64,000 bases of DNA, from NCBI RefSeq assembly GCF_964204645.1, contig NC_134029.1, forward strand, positions 18,966,950-19,030,949, written 5' to 3'. Below are positions 39,207 to 53,234 of the stretch, piece after piece. Source of the stretch: Tubulanus polymorphus (Eukaryota > Animalia > Nemertea). The notes beneath the pieces are model-generated. The model was not told where the DNA came from and did no database searches. It worked only from the letters and a program-made list of their open reading frames with translations. The translations under genes and the position numbers were made by a program. Position 1 is the first letter of the stretch; every line of letters starts with the position of its first letter.

Positions 39207-39563
39207 TTAAGTAAACAAGGCTTAACAGGGGATACTGCGACAATGCGGCATCTAGAATAGACGCTACTTCTTTACTGACGCTGATTTAATTAATCTGGTA
39301 ATCTCGGGAGACTTGGATAATCTATATTTATATAACGTTAGCTAGCTGTCTGCTGGCTTAGTGGACATAGCTAATTAACGTGATGCCTGCAGCGGGTGCA
39401 AACGACATCAAACATGTTGAATGCAAAATGCTGTAGTTAATGATGGATTAAGCAGGAATCGGAATGTCACACTGGTGATCGATTACGTTTAGCTTTTTTC
39501 TGTAATGTCTGTTTTATGAATTGTCCAGCATTCGGTTCAGCAGCAATGGCTAGTGGAACTGGA

Positions 39564-39914
39564 TGCGATCGCGCAGAGAGACCATTTGGCACGGATCAGA
39601 CCCGAGTCAAATTTGGCTCGTGCCTAATTACACATAAACCACTCACCCGATACTAAACAATGTCATGATGACGAAGTGAGTTGTGTCACTTCCAGAATTA
39701 ATTAGAGCCGCGATCGCACGGAGATGATCAGGCCCGGGCCAAATTGGCTTCAATCAGGTTCGTGCCTGATAAGAGAGTGTGCAAAATTTGGCCTGGGCCA
39801 AAAACGCCCGTGTTATCGCGGGTAAGCATTTACAGCCTATTGACCCAGCACGGGCCCATTCGGCACCCGTGTGATGGTTGGCCCGGGCTTAAAACGCTTG
39901 TGTGATCACAACCT
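39564..39914 (-). mobile_element. Cluster of nested or partial family A copies
   Basis: Two left-end starts (~39564, 39706 AGCCGCGATCGCAC) and two right ends (~39821, ~39914). Confidence 0.7.
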
Positions 39915-41655
39915 ATGACGATGTATTGCTAGGCTACGAAGAAATATGTTTAATACGATACTCCGAGTATTTGTTGGTTAGATTACGTACAGATGACTGT
40001 AATGCATCTGTGTAGTCGGCTGGACAAATATATACACACGCTTCAGATGACGCTCTGTGGGGGTTTCTCGTGATTAGACACGACTTCTTTTGTTTCGTTT
40101 TTTTTGTTCCGTTTTTTTTTTTGTTCGTCGTTTTCGTCGTTTGTTCGCGAAGCCCCATATTCGCAATAATTCATTCCATGAAAATCAATGTAAGTCGTCA
40201 GCGATGCAAAGAGTTCCACCAGTATCTGCATTCCTCATCGCCGTTTTATATTTGCTGCATCCACACTTACCACAATTTAGACCATTAATGGGCAGAATCG
40301 GAGTGTGCATTCATACTCGCGTTGTCTTTAGGTCCAAATTAGTCCGGACTAAAATGGAATTTAGAACACGCCTTTCGCTAGTTTGATTTGCCTGGTGAAT
40401 ACTATATTGGAACTAACCAAATTTATACCCCGCAATAACGTCGTGTGAACACAGCTTTAATATCATCATTCTGGCCTCGATAAGAATGAAAAATCCGTTG
40501 CTAACGAGTCATCTGTTTTTGAGATGTTTATGTAAGTCGATGTGTGTTGTGTTGAGCGGACGCCCTCTCGGTGGAAGATTATTTTGAACGAGAAATTTCT
40601 TGATTTAGATACCGCCAGCTGAAAACTATTGCAGCAAATAGTGCTGCCAGCTACTGGTGAAATGTTGAACTATAAAGTTTTGTATTCAAGACGTGGGCGG
40701 GCTAATATAGGATCAAGCTTTGGCTTTACGTGGACGTTTTGCCCTGAGTTCCATAGATGTGATTCAAATTTCGTTTCGATGAGTTGAAAATTGTTTAGTT
40801 AGAGCTACGTCGAAACACAGTCAGTATAGCTCTGAAGAGCAGTTTATCAGAAAATGAGAAAATTCAATGAAATTTTTTAACACTTAATGAAATGGATTTC
40901 TCGGTGCCTGGGATGGTATTTCGATTGAAGTACCACTGTCTGATCTGCTGGAGCTGACGAATTTAGAAAAAGAATAAACCGCGTAACTCTTCTCGCGTAA
41001 TCTTCGCCCTTCCCCCCTCGCAAGAAGAAACTGGTGCGGAAGGTTCGTATGAATTATTGCCGATCTAACAACTCAACAAGTTCATGTACTACGATGATAA
41101 TACGGCGCACGCGTCTGACTATCCCCTCTCTCTCTCTCAGCTCACTCGAACTGACGCCGTACTAAGTAGATTCTCGTTTACTCGTCGGCTGATGGATTTT
41201 ACACCTCGGTTCGTCTTCAGGTACGCTGTCGGTTTCTTAATATCGTAGATGGAATTTTTCGAGAATTCGCTGTTTTTCCTATTACGCAATAATTTTCGCT
41301 GCGATGAATTTTTAATGAAATCGCGGCAAACGATTTGATTCCGGTTTGAATTATAAACAGCTTCTTCGATCAATATTCATGGTAGAACATTGCCATTTAA
41401 ATTGTTGCTTCGAGTCAGGGGAAGTCAGGTTGTGTCGGATTAGGTTCTGATTAGATTTGGTTTTGAATTATGGTTGTTTTGGATATACCGATTCAACGAT
41501 CTAATAGAAAGAAAAAGCGCTTTCAAAGTGTAGGTGAGAATTTTGGTATATCTTAAATCCAACAACGCACGTGATGCAGGGAAACATGGAAACCGGAAAC
41601 GGAAACAAGTTTTCGAAGATTTCCATGTGTCATGTCCGTTTACGAGAAACAGGGT

Positions 41656-41974
41656 AGCCGTGATGACATGAGCATTTTGGCTCGGGTCAAATTAGGCCCA
41701 GAACAACTGTTCTCACATGGGTACTAAATGGGCCCGTGTCTGTTTGGACCAAACCGAATTTTGCCCGACCAAAAACATCGGACCAGGCTCGAGCCAAATT
41801 ATTGCGTATGAATTGGTTGCGGAAATGACTCACTTCGCTTTGTTTAAGCGTAGTTTAACATCGAGTAACATTTACATGTGATCGCGCTTTCTAATAAAGC
41901 ATGGGCCGAACTCATCTTGGGCCTGATACGTACCAATTTGTCCAGGGCCAAATCGTCTCTGTGTGATCGCCGCT
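41656..41974 (+). mobile_element. MITE family A copy
   Basis: TIRs AGCCGTGATGACA / TGTGATCGCCGCT, full-length homology. Confidence 0.88.
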
Positions 41975-42416
41975 GGTGCGTTTCCTTGCGGCTGGTGCGT
42001 TTCCTTGTGTCGTGTGCTTTGTAGTCGCCTGTGTTAAAAAATGATCGCGAGGAGTCAACGGTTTATGAACGATGAAAAATTCAATAGATTTTAATGAGGA
42101 TGAACTTTTGCGATGCCGATCCATTTCCGCGATGATGAACAAACATAGGAATTAATCGTCCATGAATAATTTAGTGATGTTCTTTTTTTCAATAAATCCG
42201 CGCTGTGTTTCATTCGCACTCAACACTGACGATGAAAGCAAATTTGGCGCGTTAGTTCGTAAAAAAATATATCCTTCGCATTATGTATTTGATGGTAAAA
42301 TGATGAATTTATGGAATAGGACGATTGATCTTACTGTCGATCAATGGTTGGAAAGCGCTGATAGGGAATTTGTTGCTCGGGAAATTTTTCAAAGCTGATC
42401 ACCATCTTTGCTATAA

Positions 42417-42698
42417 AGCTAGGGGCGCACGAGTGTATTTTTCAACCGAATGCGACAATTGATTTCACTAGAAAATTCATATACAGAGTATAGTACTGTA
42501 TCGATTGACAGAGCACGGGCAGACAAGCAAATTTGCAGGCGACCCGATCACTGGTGTAAATAATCGGCTGAAAATATCAAATATGTTTGATACGGGTATT
42601 TCACTGGACGATTGAGTCAGTCGTGAACGGACAGACTCTCGAATTCTTTGGGCCATTTATAAATTTGCCACAATCGGAGCGAATTCGTGCCCCTACCT
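42417..42698. mobile_element. Harbinger-type MITE (degenerate)
   Basis: Ends AGCTAGGGGCGCACGA / TCGTGCCCCTACCT. Confidence 0.55.
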
Positions 42699-44590
42699 TA
42701 CGGAATAGAAGGTTTTCGAAGTGCTAACTATCGTAGACGTAACGTTGCTGTCATAGTAAATGGGTTGAGAGAGATAGTTCATTTAGCGGGCGACCCTGAA
42801 AACTCCTCTGTACATATACTACACTTCTTCAGTACTACCGCGGAGTGTAAGAGTAGCTCGCGGTGAGTGATGGCTGGTTGTACCACCAACAACTGGCCAA
42901 TTTACTGCAACCACTTTTTTCTATCATAACTACAGCCAGCTCGGGTTATCTATTTACCGCAGCTGGTAGTAAAACTTTGAATTGCGTAAACGTGAGTTAC
43001 AGGTGGAAATAGACTTCATCGATGGTTGTAACATCCGCCATCACAGGGGCAGATCTAGGTTTCTGAGTGCTGCTCGACTGTGGAAGGGCACCTATATATC
43101 ATAGCCGGTAAACGGAAAAAAATATACGTAGGAAAAAATGCCACCGGTAAAAATGCCACTTTTTGTACAGTAGGAAAAAATTCGTCCAGGAACAAATACA
43201 GTTATTTACATATATGAATATCAGTTGACTGCGTAAATTATCAGTCATTTTACTAATGATCTCTTGATAATTGTCATAGCCGGAGAATCTGGGGCAGAAT
43301 GGGAAAACTTTGAATTTCTAGGGCTCCGAGATGAAATCTGAGCACACTTGTGGCATCAACTATATCTATCCACAAAATACGCCATTTTGACCTGTAGGTG
43401 TATATATGGAATATACCATTGCCTGAGAAGAATGTTCATTCATGAATGATCTGTTTTCAGATTGATTTATTCAGCCTAATTATTAACTAATTACTAACTA
43501 GGGTGATTAGTGAATTAATTTATTCAGTGTGTCACATCCAAGATATCTTTTCTGCTACAGATATGTTAATTACGTGATTAGTAGAATGATTGTTAATGAA
43601 AACGACCTGTATGTATATATATAACTAGGGGTATTTTGCTTATGGAAAAGCCTACACCTTTTCTTTTCTTGGAAGTGTTTGCTTTGATTGTTTGTTCAGT
43701 GGAATCTTTTGACAAAAGTTGCACTCCAGGTCTAAACACTAGCTGTTTACTGTACCTATTGTGTCCGAATCTCAGGGTGAAAAGGGATCCATTTCCTTCA
43801 GAGATGTAATCAGCGTTTTCTGTTTTGATATAATTGGACCAATGAATTTTGTGAAAGCTGCTTGGTCATGGATATATCGAGGTGGCTACCAAATAAGGAG
43901 TTGACACAATGCAGTAGATATCGTAGATAACAGTCGTATGCTTAAAACTGGGGCAATGTGACTCTTGAGATATATTAACTTTCTTCGAGTCAACGAGTGC
44001 GAACTGACCAGTGGTATAAACATGAAGGAGCGAAGTTTCCGAGAGGCCATGATGTACTGGCCAGGTAAAAATTATTTTTTTTATTTTTGTGTGGAAGAAA
44101 TGGTTATTGAATTTTTTCTGATATTCTACGTGCTTTTCGTTTAGGTTTGTTATGAAATATGGGATCGATGCTTTTGATATAAGCTTTACATTTTAGCCAT
44201 AATGTGTATATGGAGAAAATGTGGCTCGGTATCGTATGATTTTTGAAAATTGCCGATTTTGAACAGGTTCTAATATTGCCACGACAAATTTACTTCAATT
44301 TCGTCAAAAACGTTGTATTGAAAGAAAAAAACTCATTCAGTGAATTATTGCTGCGGCTTTCGCCGCTGCAGTCGCTACAGTTCCAACGTTATACCGGTGT
44401 GTCCTGTATATTGGTAGGTGTCCTATTCGTTCTCAAAATGCTGTTAATCTTGAATGTATTGGAAAATGTCGCACATTCAATGCTGCACAAGTGTGACATC
44501 TATCATACAACGTCATTACTAATGTAATGTTGTATGCATTTCAAAGTAGCAACGCGACTGTGTGACAATATTCAGATAGTGCGTGACTGT

Positions 44591-44901
44591 AGCCGCCATT
44601 ACACGGAGACGATTTGGCTCGGGCCAAAGTGGCACAGATCAGGCCAATACCAAATTTGGCCCCTGTCTAATCAGAGAGCGCGTTCACGCACAAACCATTC
44701 ACTCGATTCTCAACAATGCTCAAACAAAGTGAAGTGAGTCATTTCCAGAACCAGTTGCAATTCAAGCATGATCATTTGACCCATGCTAACATTTGACTGG
44801 CGCCTGGTCCAACATTTTCGGTCCGGCCAAATAGGCACGAGCCCATTTGGCACCGGTGTGAACAGTTGTTCCGGGCCAAAAACGCTTATGTGATCGTAGC
44901 T
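44591..44901 (-). mobile_element. MITE family A, inverted near full-length copy
   Basis: TIRs AGCCGCCATTACAC / TGTGATCGTAGCT. Confidence 0.88.
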
Positions 44902-45575
44902 CCAGAGACAATATTGACATAGTAGTGGTTTAAGCAGTTGCCACCATTACTTAAGGCGCTAATAGGATTCAGGACCTAGGAAAAGTTTCCTAGAAAATGA
45001 CTAATGAACTACACACGACTGCAGACAAACATATTTCTGATTTAAAGCCAAATCGAGATAACATTTTGAGTGAATTAAGCAAGTTGATTAATGTACAGCA
45101 GCTTATGATTTGGACAGGAAGGTGGGGGCGAAATATTCACTGCTAGTTCTCACCAGATGGCGCTGTATTGTCATTTTCAGGCAGCCTGAATATAAGCTGC
45201 CCTTAATGCATAGGGTTGTGAGGAACTTTAAGTTGTTATGACTGTCATCAGTAATTTCTTAGGGCGGGCAACCTGCAATTGTTTGTGACGCGATCGGTTG
45301 CACCTGGTCACAAATTGTTGCTCGGAGCGACTGCGTTGCGATCATCAGCGACGATTTGAGACTTGTCTATGTCAGTCGCAAGGGAGTAGTATTACAGTTG
45401 CGACTTAGGTGAGACGGTCGCATCGCAGAAAGTAGATCATGTGCGACTAGTGGCGTGGCTGCAGTCGCAAGGCGTTACAAGGATATGCTTATCAATGGGT
45501 CGTTCACCAGCCTTTCGCCTCTGAGAGAACCGTCAGGATCGAAAGTTTTCAGTTGCGATATAAAAAGGTTGCCAG

Positions 45576-45708
45576 GGGCCAGTTGCTCGAAAGTTGGCTA
45601 TAGAGGTAACCAGTGGATAGTTGGCATAGATAGTGACGATTAAAAGTTCATTGTTACTATGGTATTTATCCACCGGTTATCTTAAACCAACTTTAAAGCA
45701 ACTGGCCC
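45576..45708. mobile_element. Harbinger-type palindromic MITE
   Basis: GGGCCAGTTGCT..AAAGTTGG / CCAACTTT..AGCAACTGGCCC. Confidence 0.75.
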
Positions 45709-47699
45709 TGGTGTGCTCCGACGAGCTGGAACTGGTAACGGGCTGAATCTGCCTTGTCGTTAGCTCAATCAGCCGAGTGTCATCAGCAGGCAGACGACGA
45801 TGACGGCTCCATCTTTCAATTCACTGCATTCTGAAAAAAACGATACAACGACAGTAAAGAGAAATTCAGTTCAGTTCATAGAAAATAATTTTGGCCGACC
45901 TTGATGAACCCGTTTATTATTCGGTCAAGAGTAATCTAGATATCGCGGTGATTATTTGTCGAAAACGTTCGCTCCGGTCGGAAATCTGTTGTTTTTTTCG
46001 CCTGTTTGCCCGCAGCAAACTTTGGTACGTTATTCAGTTCACACCACGAACGAACGTTCAGCCGATTAATCCGTACGAACGCTTGCATAGTCGACAAAAC
46101 TGTACGCTTTTTCGCGGTTACAATGGAATTTTTTCGATTCAATTAAGCGTAATGCTCGAGTATGTTCACAAAATTCTCTTGATTAACTTCCGCAGGCTAA
46201 AATATATATACGTTTATACATACCTATATATACATGTCCATGTATAGGCCTACTTTTCATATGAATTACTCTTGTCCTGTTTACGTTCATTTTAGTTTTT
46301 CTATTAAGTATATTATATATGAGAAGTCCGACGACGAAATATATTACTTCATTTACATAAAGTAAACGCCTAAATGATAAAGGATAAAAAAGGTTAGTTT
46401 AAACTTGGACTCAAAACGCTCTTCGTTTGAGAGTCCATGGTTTAAAATTGGATATATCAATGATTGAATTGAATGGACCGGCAATGAACCATTCTAACCA
46501 GGCTACAGGGGCAGGGGCATTTACCCCCCCCCCCAAAGAAAAAAAAATTAATTTAAAGTTTTGAAAAGTGGCCATTTTGCAAATATCATTGTTACATCAT
46601 TGTTTATGATATGATATGATGATAAATGTGAGTAAGACCTGGGCTAGCCCCAATATTGGTGACTTATTGTGCGTATTTGCTTAAAATTCAAAGCGACGTA
46701 AATTTCACGACTCCAACGCTAATATTGATGATGTAGTGCACACGTCGCCTCACATTGAGTACCCCTTAAATAACAGTAATTATCGATGTATTAAAATGTG
46801 GTTACGGTTTTTACAGCGTCACGAAAACGCGCGCCAGCGATATCGTATATTTTTCAATGATTTGTGACCTGAATGATTATAATTCTGCGGGAGTATCGGG
46901 AATTATAACTGAAATGTATATGAATTAATCATCTAATTTATTATCATCCCGCTCATTACGGAGGAATGTGAAATATAAACGATCGCTGGCAACTGACCGA
47001 CTGTGTTTTCTATTTAGTGCGACGATACGATGTGGGAACCTGAACGCGATATGAGAAATTGGATTCAATTTCATCATGTTCTATAGGGTCAAATCTTGTA
47101 AATGAATATATATAAACACCGGCTAGCCAGTAATGCCATTACGGTTATGGTTATGAACGCCTTTTGTGGAAAAGTCGTAATGATTTTTCCAATCATCTCT
47201 TAAAAATTCAAACGCTCCTAGAATCTCAGAGATATCCGAGATAGTTCATTTGTCTATTAATTTATTCATCAACTTTTCTTGAAGGTTCGCCCGAATTTGT
47301 ATTAGTCAAACTTCGATAGTTGCTCTTAATCCGGCACATCTGTCTTTTATGCCCCTAGAAGAAAGCATCTTTTTATATTGGTTTCCATAGACAATTGACT
47401 GTCTAAAGTAAAAAAACCCACAATACATGTATAATGAAAAAACTAAAAGAGAATTTAACTTTCGACCCAATTCTATTTTTTCAGTTTTTGTAAATGGCCC
47501 GCAGAATCAGGCCGAAACGTCAAATATACTTATCTATTTTTTCAATATACTGCGGTTTTTACTTCATATATTTTTATATGCCCCGAAAAGGGAACACAAT
47601 TTTTTCAAACATGGACGATTATTCGATAAACATCGCTCCGAAAATACATCGCATTTTTACGCGACGTATGTCGCCGTATATGTACGTAGACAATACGCT

Positions 47700-49595
47700 G
47701 ACTTTCCGGCTGCGCTATAAGCTGTATATGCTAATGTGCAGACGAAGACGGATGACAAGGACTCTAGTTAATACTATACACGCAGCGCATATAGAAATAG
47801 AGAGAGAGAGAGAGAAACCACACAGCTCGATAGCTAGAGCTAACGCGGGTGCTGACTGCATACGCGTAATCTACGACACACAACAGCAGCAGCAGCAGCG
47901 ACACGGCTACGCCTGAATTCTGCCGTGTTGACGAGGCGACCGACCGTCGTCTATTACGGATAGCGTTCGGATTTACACGTCTGGCAGTTTTTCGCGTTTC
48001 GTAACGTTTAGTCGCCGGGATTTCCGAGACGGAAAATTCGTCGCCGATATCGAAGCGTCGTGGACGTGTTTTAAACGCGTATCGGAGGACGGGCGAAGGC
48101 TTCTCTCGCGACGAGACGTGTAACATCTTCTTTTTATCATAAATGCAATATGGCAGCGTTTCTCGTGTCTTGTCACGGAACCTGGATTTTCGTTCGAGGC
48201 ACATTACGCGCGACGAGACGGTTTCACCGATGCCCGCGCGAATCGTGAATAAATTTCGGTCACCCGGACGAACGGACGACGAGGACTAGTTTTTTTATTA
48301 AGTGGTTATAGGTATAGTAGAATTCTCGCTAGGCTTTCTTCGTAATATCATGGCGTACATAAGGATAACAGAGGCGTTTCCTTTACGATACTAATCACTC
48401 GTATGATTTACTATAACTAACGTTTACTTTGTACTTTCTGTTGCTTTGTTATTCGCCTTTGAATTCGATTTTATGACATTCATCGGCGGCATGACTTGAG
48501 AAAATTCATGACCGAAACCGGATTCCGATCGTTAGATTGCCTAATTTGGAACGGGATTCACCGGCCGAATAGAGATAAGAATTTCGAATTTCTTTTCGTA
48601 ATCGGTTACTTTGAATTCTGTATAACGAACTAGCCGTTTAGTAGATTCACGCGTGCGGTTATTATCAGGATTTAAGCCGCAGTGAATCATCGGAATTCCG
48701 AGATTCATTTAATTAGTCATTTATAAGTCATGAAATACACCTGTTTAAAGCTAATCATCGAAGCCACCGTATACATTCAGCAGTAAGGCTTTCTAAATAC
48801 TGACGATTTTTCAAAATCATCGCGTTTGTATTCTGTACAATACTTCATTAACGACGCCGTGATTGATGTCAGCCTGTTGTTCGTACATTCAACAGTAGAT
48901 CACACATTCTCCGTTGAAGCTTCGATGGATGATCGTATTGTACCCGAAAATGATATCGCACACATTGACATACTTCCTCTAGGTTCCGACAGCTGCTGAG
49001 CTCGACCGAGAGGAGGTATTCCCACACATACTTGCCTGCTTATAATCGGATATGAACGTACACGCGGATTTTGACGACCACAGACGCACTATTCGGACCG
49101 ACCAGCTGGTTTAAGTGTCGTACACGCTGCTCGGCCTAGTACAGGCTTTAGCATATATATATATATATATACACATACCCGAGTGAATCCAAACGTTGAC
49201 TTCTGCTTATACAGCATAGACTTATAATACACTAGTCAGGCAGACATACGCATATATATGTATACAATCAGCATTTTGATCGGATTAGTCGTAACACACA
49301 GGAGTGTATTCAATAACTAAATATCGGTTAATTCCTCTCTCTCGCGCTTACTCGCTCGATAGATCGTATTTCATCATCATCATCGTTGGGCTTTAAACTG
49401 GATTTCATCAACGGACGAACGATCGATCGTTGATGTTAGCGCCTCTCGGACCCGCACGTGTTGATCTGGCGAATAATATACTCACTCGCCGTCGTTTTAT
49501 CCGCGGTTTAATGATGACGACGACGATGACGTTTTTTTAAACGGGATTTTACGTTAGTGTTCGGTCGACTAGTCGCGTGCGATTTGCTTACATTT
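47700..49595 (+). promoter_or_regulatory. Putative proximal promoter/5'UTR region
   Basis: CpG-dense, (GA)n and (TA)n tracts, no recognisable MITEs, upstream of the 49596 exon. Confidence 0.35.
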
Positions 49596-49698
49596 ATGAT
49601 CATCAAAGGCCATTGGACAATGTGGCTGTGGTCTTGCTGCAGTTCTGATGCCGGGCAAAATCGCATCAGTCTGTCCAACCACGCAAGTCGCATGAATG
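49596..49698 (+). CDS. DLC1/STARD13: Candidate alternative first coding exon (proximal), (MIIKGHWT)MWLWSCCSSDAGQNRISLSNHASRMN(E)
   Basis: In-frame ATGs at 49596 and 49620 with an upstream in-frame TGA at 49527. Open frame to donor G|GTAAGT at 49699, phase 1, compatible with the SAM exon 3.46 kb downstream. Confidence 0.6.
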
Positions 49699-52693
49699 GT
49701 AAGTGTGGTCGGGATGTCCCTTAGTTTTTACATTTTTTTCATCACGCCTGACTGGATGCCATCTGAAAAAGTTAATTCAAGCTGATGATTGTTCTTTATG
49801 TGGGCATAAAGAAGCCCAGAGCATTAGTGGTTTATTAACTAAACTTATTTTCTAATTCTTGGTAATCGTTTACCACGGATATATTCTGTCATTTCTTTCT
49901 CCTTGATTACTGTTGGTTGTCTGTTGTTGGTTGGCGATGTGTTACTTAGGGATATCGAAAATTTGTAATCATGGTATCGATAATGATATCGTCCAACTGG
50001 TCAGAACCTTGAAAATAATTATTTGATAGCAATGATTTTGCGATGAGTACCTGGCGTATATTCTAAAGAATTGTATCCGGATTTTTGTTCTAAATGTCGG
50101 CCGCAATGTTATCGCTCGAAGCCTTGAACGAAGTCAAACTACGACGATTAATCAACTTGTCATGTGTATTGATTGCAATTATCATGTCGAAATGATAATT
50201 AGCCCGATATCATATTCATATGAATTAAATATACATGATACAGAGAATTTGTGTCATTTGATTCTGAAGCGTTGTTGTCGGATGTCGTTGAACCGTCCGT
50301 TTTGGTGTGTAATGCATTGAAACCGATAATTCTGCAACGGCTGAATTGGGTTACCAGGTCTCCGCGCTGCCAGTTGACAACGCTGATAAACTAGCTGATA
50401 AACTATCCGTCCGAAATGATAATTCGGAACGCCTCTTCAAACTCACGTTCGTGTACGTCAAACGATTCCGATAAACAATTCGGGACCAATTGTGAATTTC
50501 CCATGGGTATGTCGTTAATTTGATTCCCGGGGATCCGAATAGAAATAGACGGCGTTCGTTAATTAACCCCGGTTCATCATCGCGTCGACATTCCCGAGTA
50601 CCGAACTCCTGCGTTGTTATCTACTAAATCTTTTTAGGTTTTTTTTTTCGAAATCAAAATCCGAAGCGACGTGATGGTAGCCCCTCTGCTCGATAAAAAT
50701 TAGTCCATTTTATAATTAAGTTTCATCTAAAATTTTGAGCCTGCTTCAATCAAATAGTCGCCAAAACATATCTGATGATGAACTCGGATTGGCCTTCGTG
50801 GGGGGGGGGGGGGGGGGCAAGCACATTTCTTATTCATCATTTGTTAATGTGAGAATTAATTAGCATAGATTCCGTCGTTTATTGTCACCTGGTTCAGGTA
50901 GGTCCTCATGCTTCAAATATATAAAATTTTGATTCACCGAAAATTAATGATTATCATCTTATCATTGATAGGATTGTATATCCGTAATCTATTTCTGTAA
51001 TATCGTATTGAAATCAACTTCAGTGTCTCGTTAAAACTTCGGTTCATTTTCACTCATAGGAAATGTTATTACACTCTTGTGGCAAATATTCTGGAAGTTC
51101 ACAGCTTTAAACAGCTAAAAGTAATGGTGATTATGGCCATTTAATCGTTCCCTTCCTATGCGTATATGTATGTTACTTAAATCCTATCACTCTCTGAGAC
51201 ATGGACGTACACCATTGTCACTGACATATTGGAATATTAGAAGCAGTATCATTATGAATAACTTCCTCCACCTAGTGCAGTGTACTGCCTAGTCAGACCA
51301 TAGGTACACCACACATGCTCGGTCTCATTTGATAAAGACGTCAATAACTGAAAGAAAATAGCAACCAATATTCGCATTCCTGAAAGTAATTAATATTGTT
51401 TAACCCCTTTATATCTGGCGTCGTCGAATGGTAGTCGGAATTTTCATCGACGTATTAGCAAATATTGCGGGCCTGAGGTTTATTGGAGAATGAAGTTAAA
51501 TGACGTTTCACGATAAGTTTCGAACCCACTTCACGCAAATTCTTAAGCATTAATAGAGAAATTAGATGATGATGGTCTCCGGAGAATGTCCGAATTTTCT
51601 TTTTGATTTTAATTCTCGAGTGATACATTTTGCTTTTGATGCTCAAATATTGTATAAAGCGGGTTTTAAACTTATCGATTCCCCACTTCAGAGTGTACAG
51701 GCGTATTCTACTATGAGGTTTCATTTTTGCGGAGTATGAAGTTTCATTTCGTTTCGATTTCCGAATAACCATATCTCGGTCGGCCTGACCCGATTGCCGG
51801 CGCTTTATACATATACCTGCCGCTGCTATGTGACTAACCGCACATATGTTGCATCACATCTGATCCGGAATAATTAATAAGTCACTCAATCATTTGTATT
51901 TAAGTCAGGAAAATATGTCCACATATGATAAATTATGCATGAATTATTGCGTCGAGTTTCCATATGTATGTTTGAGCGCGTAATTGGTTTGCTGTACTCG
52001 AAAGTGTCGGGGGTCGGGTTCCCAGGTATACAGAAGCTGTTCACAGCTGAAAAAACTACCGTTCGTTTCGCCGTAAAAAATGTGAATACGGATCATCAAA
52101 CTATTAGCATAGCAGTTGATAGACGATGAGAGAGATTTCAGGCCCTAGATGCGAGGTCGACGCGAATCACTAATCGGAACAATTTCCGACTGGTTTTGTC
52201 AATCAAACCTCGTGTCTGTAGACAACGCTTTCTGATATATCGGTAAAAATATGTTAAAGTATCCAATGCAGATATCGAGACAATACTTCAAAGTGTGTAC
52301 GAAAACTTTGCCCGATATTTTCATTTCATTTATAGACGAATAGAAGGAAATGCACTTACACAATCACAAAGTTTGTTCTCTGGTGTTATTTTGGTGTGAA
52401 ATTTATTGAATTACCGAGTTAGTAATGATAGACTGGGACATTTTTTTTTCTGTGGACATTTTTTCCGGGGCATTCTAACGTACATTCGCATTAAAAACAA
52501 CACCTTATATTGACTGTGTTTATATTTACTTCATGTTTTCGATATTTTAAATATTTTTTGTGACTTCATCATATAGAATGTAGGCTTACATCATTGATAA
52601 ACCGAAATCTTAATGTCAATATGACCAGTTCTATATCATACCTCATCTTTATAGCTTTTATCTATAAAATGGCTTAAATCTCATTTGATGTGA

Positions 52694-52815
52694 GACTAAA
52701 TACCAATATTGAGTTTGGTAGTTTTTTTTTGGCTAAGACTAAATACGATTATTGGGTTTGGTAGTTTTTTTGGGTTAGACTGAATACGATTATTGAGTTT
52801 GGTAGTTGTTTTTGG
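52694..52815. repeat. Tandem repeat, three ~40-bp units GACTAAATAC..TTATTG.GTTTGGTAGTTTTTTT
   Basis: Direct reading. Confidence 0.85.
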
Positions 52816-53162
52816 TAAAATAGATTTGGATTCAAAAGGTTCTCAACAGTGACAACAAACGCTTAACAATCGATACCTTTATTGAAACCATTACCATCTA
52901 CTATCATTCGGTGAAGTTAACTCGTTAGTAGGTGTTAATAGAAACAGCTCGTTCTCGGAAATTTATTACATTTCATTCATGAAATCCCTGATTCATACAA
53001 CAATATTCTTAAAATTGCGCCTACGTTTGCGTTCAACAACACATTGCACCCGTGCGGAGGGTGTATAGGTGTTATTACAGGTGACAACGGCCGAGCGTTT
53101 AAAATAGAAATTTCTAGCAACACCAAGAGAGTAAAAATTTCGTTTACGCTTGTATTTTACAG

Positions 53163-53234
53163 AAATCGAAGCGATCGAGGCGTGTAGATGGTTGCGGGCA
53201 GCAGGATTCCCTCAGTATGCGCAGATGTATGAAG
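53163..53234 (+). CDS. DLC1/STARD13: Internal exon, SAM domain N-half of DLC1/STARD13/cv-c family RhoGAP: (E)IEAIEACRWLRAAGFPQYAQMYE
   Basis: Peptide matches the family signature IEAKEACDWLRAxGFPQYAQLYE. Acceptor ttttacAG, donor G|GTATGT; 72 nt, phase 1-1. Confidence 0.96.

Noticed and set aside
40805-40850. Type II hammerhead-like arrangement (CGAAAC..GTC..CTGAAGAG)
   Set aside because: Stem II has only one pair and stem I is marginal.
50800-50817. Poly-G run (also 63796-63818 and shorter G/C runs)
   Set aside because: Simple homopolymers; G4 potential only, length unreliable, no other support.
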